The notes below the pieces were generated by a model. That model worked only from the letters and a program-made list of their open reading frames with translations. It did not search any database and was not told the origin of the DNA. The position numbers were made by a program, and so were the translations under genes. A stretch of DNA of 64,000 bases from Ostrea edulis (Eukaryota), in the NCBI RefSeq assembly GCF_947568905.1, contig NC_079165.1:86118001-86182000 (forward strand), given 5' to 3'. Shown piece by piece: positions 61,837 through 64,000 of this stretch; the first letter of the stretch is position 1, and each line of letters opens with the position of its first letter.

Positions 61837-64000
61837 TATTTATGTTTCTTTAAGTGTTCCCTTATTCATAAGTTTACAGTTTCAAAGATCTACTCATGCA
61901 GGTCTATTACCTACCCATCCCATCCCCATCAATATGACTCCCCCCATATAAAAAGATTTGTCTGTCTCTATTAATTTCCTCTCTTAATCAAGTACTTTCG
62001 GAAGAATCTCTATCGCCAATGATTTGATTAAATTACGTGGGAACACAGCCGGGTTCCTTTAAAATCAAAGTTCAATCAGTGTGAATGTTTTCACGGCGGT
62101 CCCTGGGTAGGAAATCCACTGCTTATTTTCAATTTTGTATCCTTTGTATTCAGTGCATAAATAGAATTTACGTGACTCCCAAAAGAGATATGAGAGTTAA
62201 AGAACCCAATGTTGAAATTAAACAAGTTTTAAATAAAGCTGTCAATAGACATCCGAGTACACAACGTCTATGAGATTGACGCAGACCCCGTGATAATTCG
62301 GTATTGGCATTGAGGCGCTACCAATGGGATATAGTAACATACCCCCCTCTCTCTCTCTCTCTTTTCAACTACAACAATACCCGCGTCAGATTTAAAAGAG
62401 ACATTAGCTGTGAAAATGATGACAACCATTTTTTCTTCAAAATACATCTATCTCAATGGCATAGAAATATATTTTAAAGACTAATAAAGACATTTATTTT
62501 GTACAAAATCAAGAGAAACCTAATAAAACTACGTTAGATAAGGGCTTTTAGTGTAAAGAAATATATAAGGAAGGATTATTGTCTCGCCAGACAATAATTA
62601 TTTAATCACCAAAATTACACATTCATGCAAGGTGAAGATAACGAACAGTTCATGTGTCTGCTTTGAGGTTAAGAAGTGTTTGAAATCATTAAATACAGAT
62701 GTTATTTTTGAAATATATAATATAGAGCAATTTTTTTTGCCAATATCACAAGAAATGCCCCTTTAAGTAGTCTGAATATATTCAATGTATGTATTGGGAA
62801 TTTATACATGAAACGGAACTAAATGTTATTTGATGTTACACATAATAAAACGCCTCGTTTGACCATTATATTTGTGTATTTTTATTTGGACATTTAAATA
62901 AACCATTAAAAACCTCAATTTTGTTTTCGACAGTTTCAATCTTTTACCATGTATAAGTTGTATTACAGCTGTACAAGTTATTTCGAAATTCCTAAAACTT
63001 AAATTAATCAATACATGTGAATAAAGCTGATGTCTACAGATTTCAGCTTAATGGGTAGATTACTTATTTTAACCACCTCTGACCTGGAAAAAATACTCAA
63101 AGCATATTGGCGGAACTGTCATGGCTTTTTATTTGAAACAACATTCACCGTTAACATGCCACTCGCATGTTCATACTCTGTGCGCCGATCTTACCACCTG
63201 TAAGCTTTTGGCAGCATAGCATTCACAAATATTCAACAAACCATATCAGAGCTGGGGGACCTGGAGACAACAGTATCCCTCAGCAAATGGTTTTCTGTCA
63301 AAATTGCGTCAACACGTTAGAAACATTGACAAAGGCAAGTCTATAGATTTCTTCACCAGTCTCCAACTGTCACGACGATTTCTGAAATTGAAAGAAAACT
63401 CACAGCAGAAAACTGAGTTCATCAAATTAAACTATAGAATTGGACCTTCAAACCAACCATAATATTTAAGGGAGGGGTGGGAGAGGAATTCGTCTGCACT
63501 TGCCCGAGGATGAAAATGAAAAGGCCGAGAGCGTATGTTCGCGTTAGGACTATTTATGGACTAAGTCTGGTGTCAAGAAAGGACAGCAAAATTCCGGAAA
63601 AATTGAATTGCACTTCAGAATATTCAAGCATGTCAAATTCGTCATTCTCAATAATTGAATTTATCTTAAAGGGATAAATTTGATTATCGAAAATAATATT
63701 TGATACACGTATTGCAAGCTATTGAATATCATATGATACAAGAAATGCACCGGAGAGAAGCTTTCTTGACATTTTGAAACCAATTTATAAAAGGAAAACA
63801 TTTTTACCTTGTATGACAAGTGATTGAATATCATAATTTGATAGAAATACTCTACCGGATAAATTCTTCATTGACATTTTGAAACCACTTCACAAAACTT
63901 AAGGCGATCCGACAGAGCCTGATGACGCGGAGTGTAGGTATTCCGCTGTGAAGGACAATTTGTTTGATACAAAGTAGTAAAGAGATGTATTTCTTTTGAG

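Larger units (their letters stand above)
49200..62600. other. Segmental duplication, copy 2
   Basis: Collinear with 261-19870; homology to 34414-34555 resumes at 63869-64000. Confidence 0.92.

Noticed and set aside
63060-63400. GC-richer, Cys-rich stretch as a coding remnant
   Set aside because: Stops in the frames I checked and no recognisable motif

Overview
AT-rich animal genomic DNA, most consistent with a bivalve mollusc (oyster-like repeat landscape; inference). The host genes form a cluster of single-exon Cys-loop (nAChR-like) channel genes: four intact 409-aa ORFs on the minus strand (A 7840-9069, B 15651-16880, A' 54002-55231, B' 58177-59406) and one divergent, disrupted copy on the plus strand (C 44257-45348). 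A-B and A'-B' lie in two copies of a tandem segmental duplication, which also carries a ~30-34-bp minisatellite, an 18/21-bp minisatellite that reads as (SQLYHHT)n, and a 30-bp minisatellite. The copies differ by many TE insertions, so empty sites can be read directly. Copy 1 carries a ~14.5-kb nest: a Ngaro-like tyrosine-recombinase retrotransposon (SGNH hydrolase, gag, RT/RNase H, YR; 220/240-bp direct repeats) whose gag is split by a 6.9-kb Mutator-like transposon with a 9-bp TSD. Also present are a degenerate mariner, a putative solo LTR, a Kolobok-like MITE, fold-back hairpin elements, Helentron-type non-autonomous elements, SINEs, Penelope-like fragments and a truncated transposase-like ORF. 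Best leads: (1) the receptors lack the canonical ACh-binding aromatic box, have an extra Cys pair in loop E and show patchwork gene conversion, so they are candidate non-cholinergic or chemosensory channels; (2) the YR retroelement has its SGNH ORF upstream of gag; (3) there are several long near-perfect terminal hairpins. All calls are from reading the sequence by eye; no searches were run.
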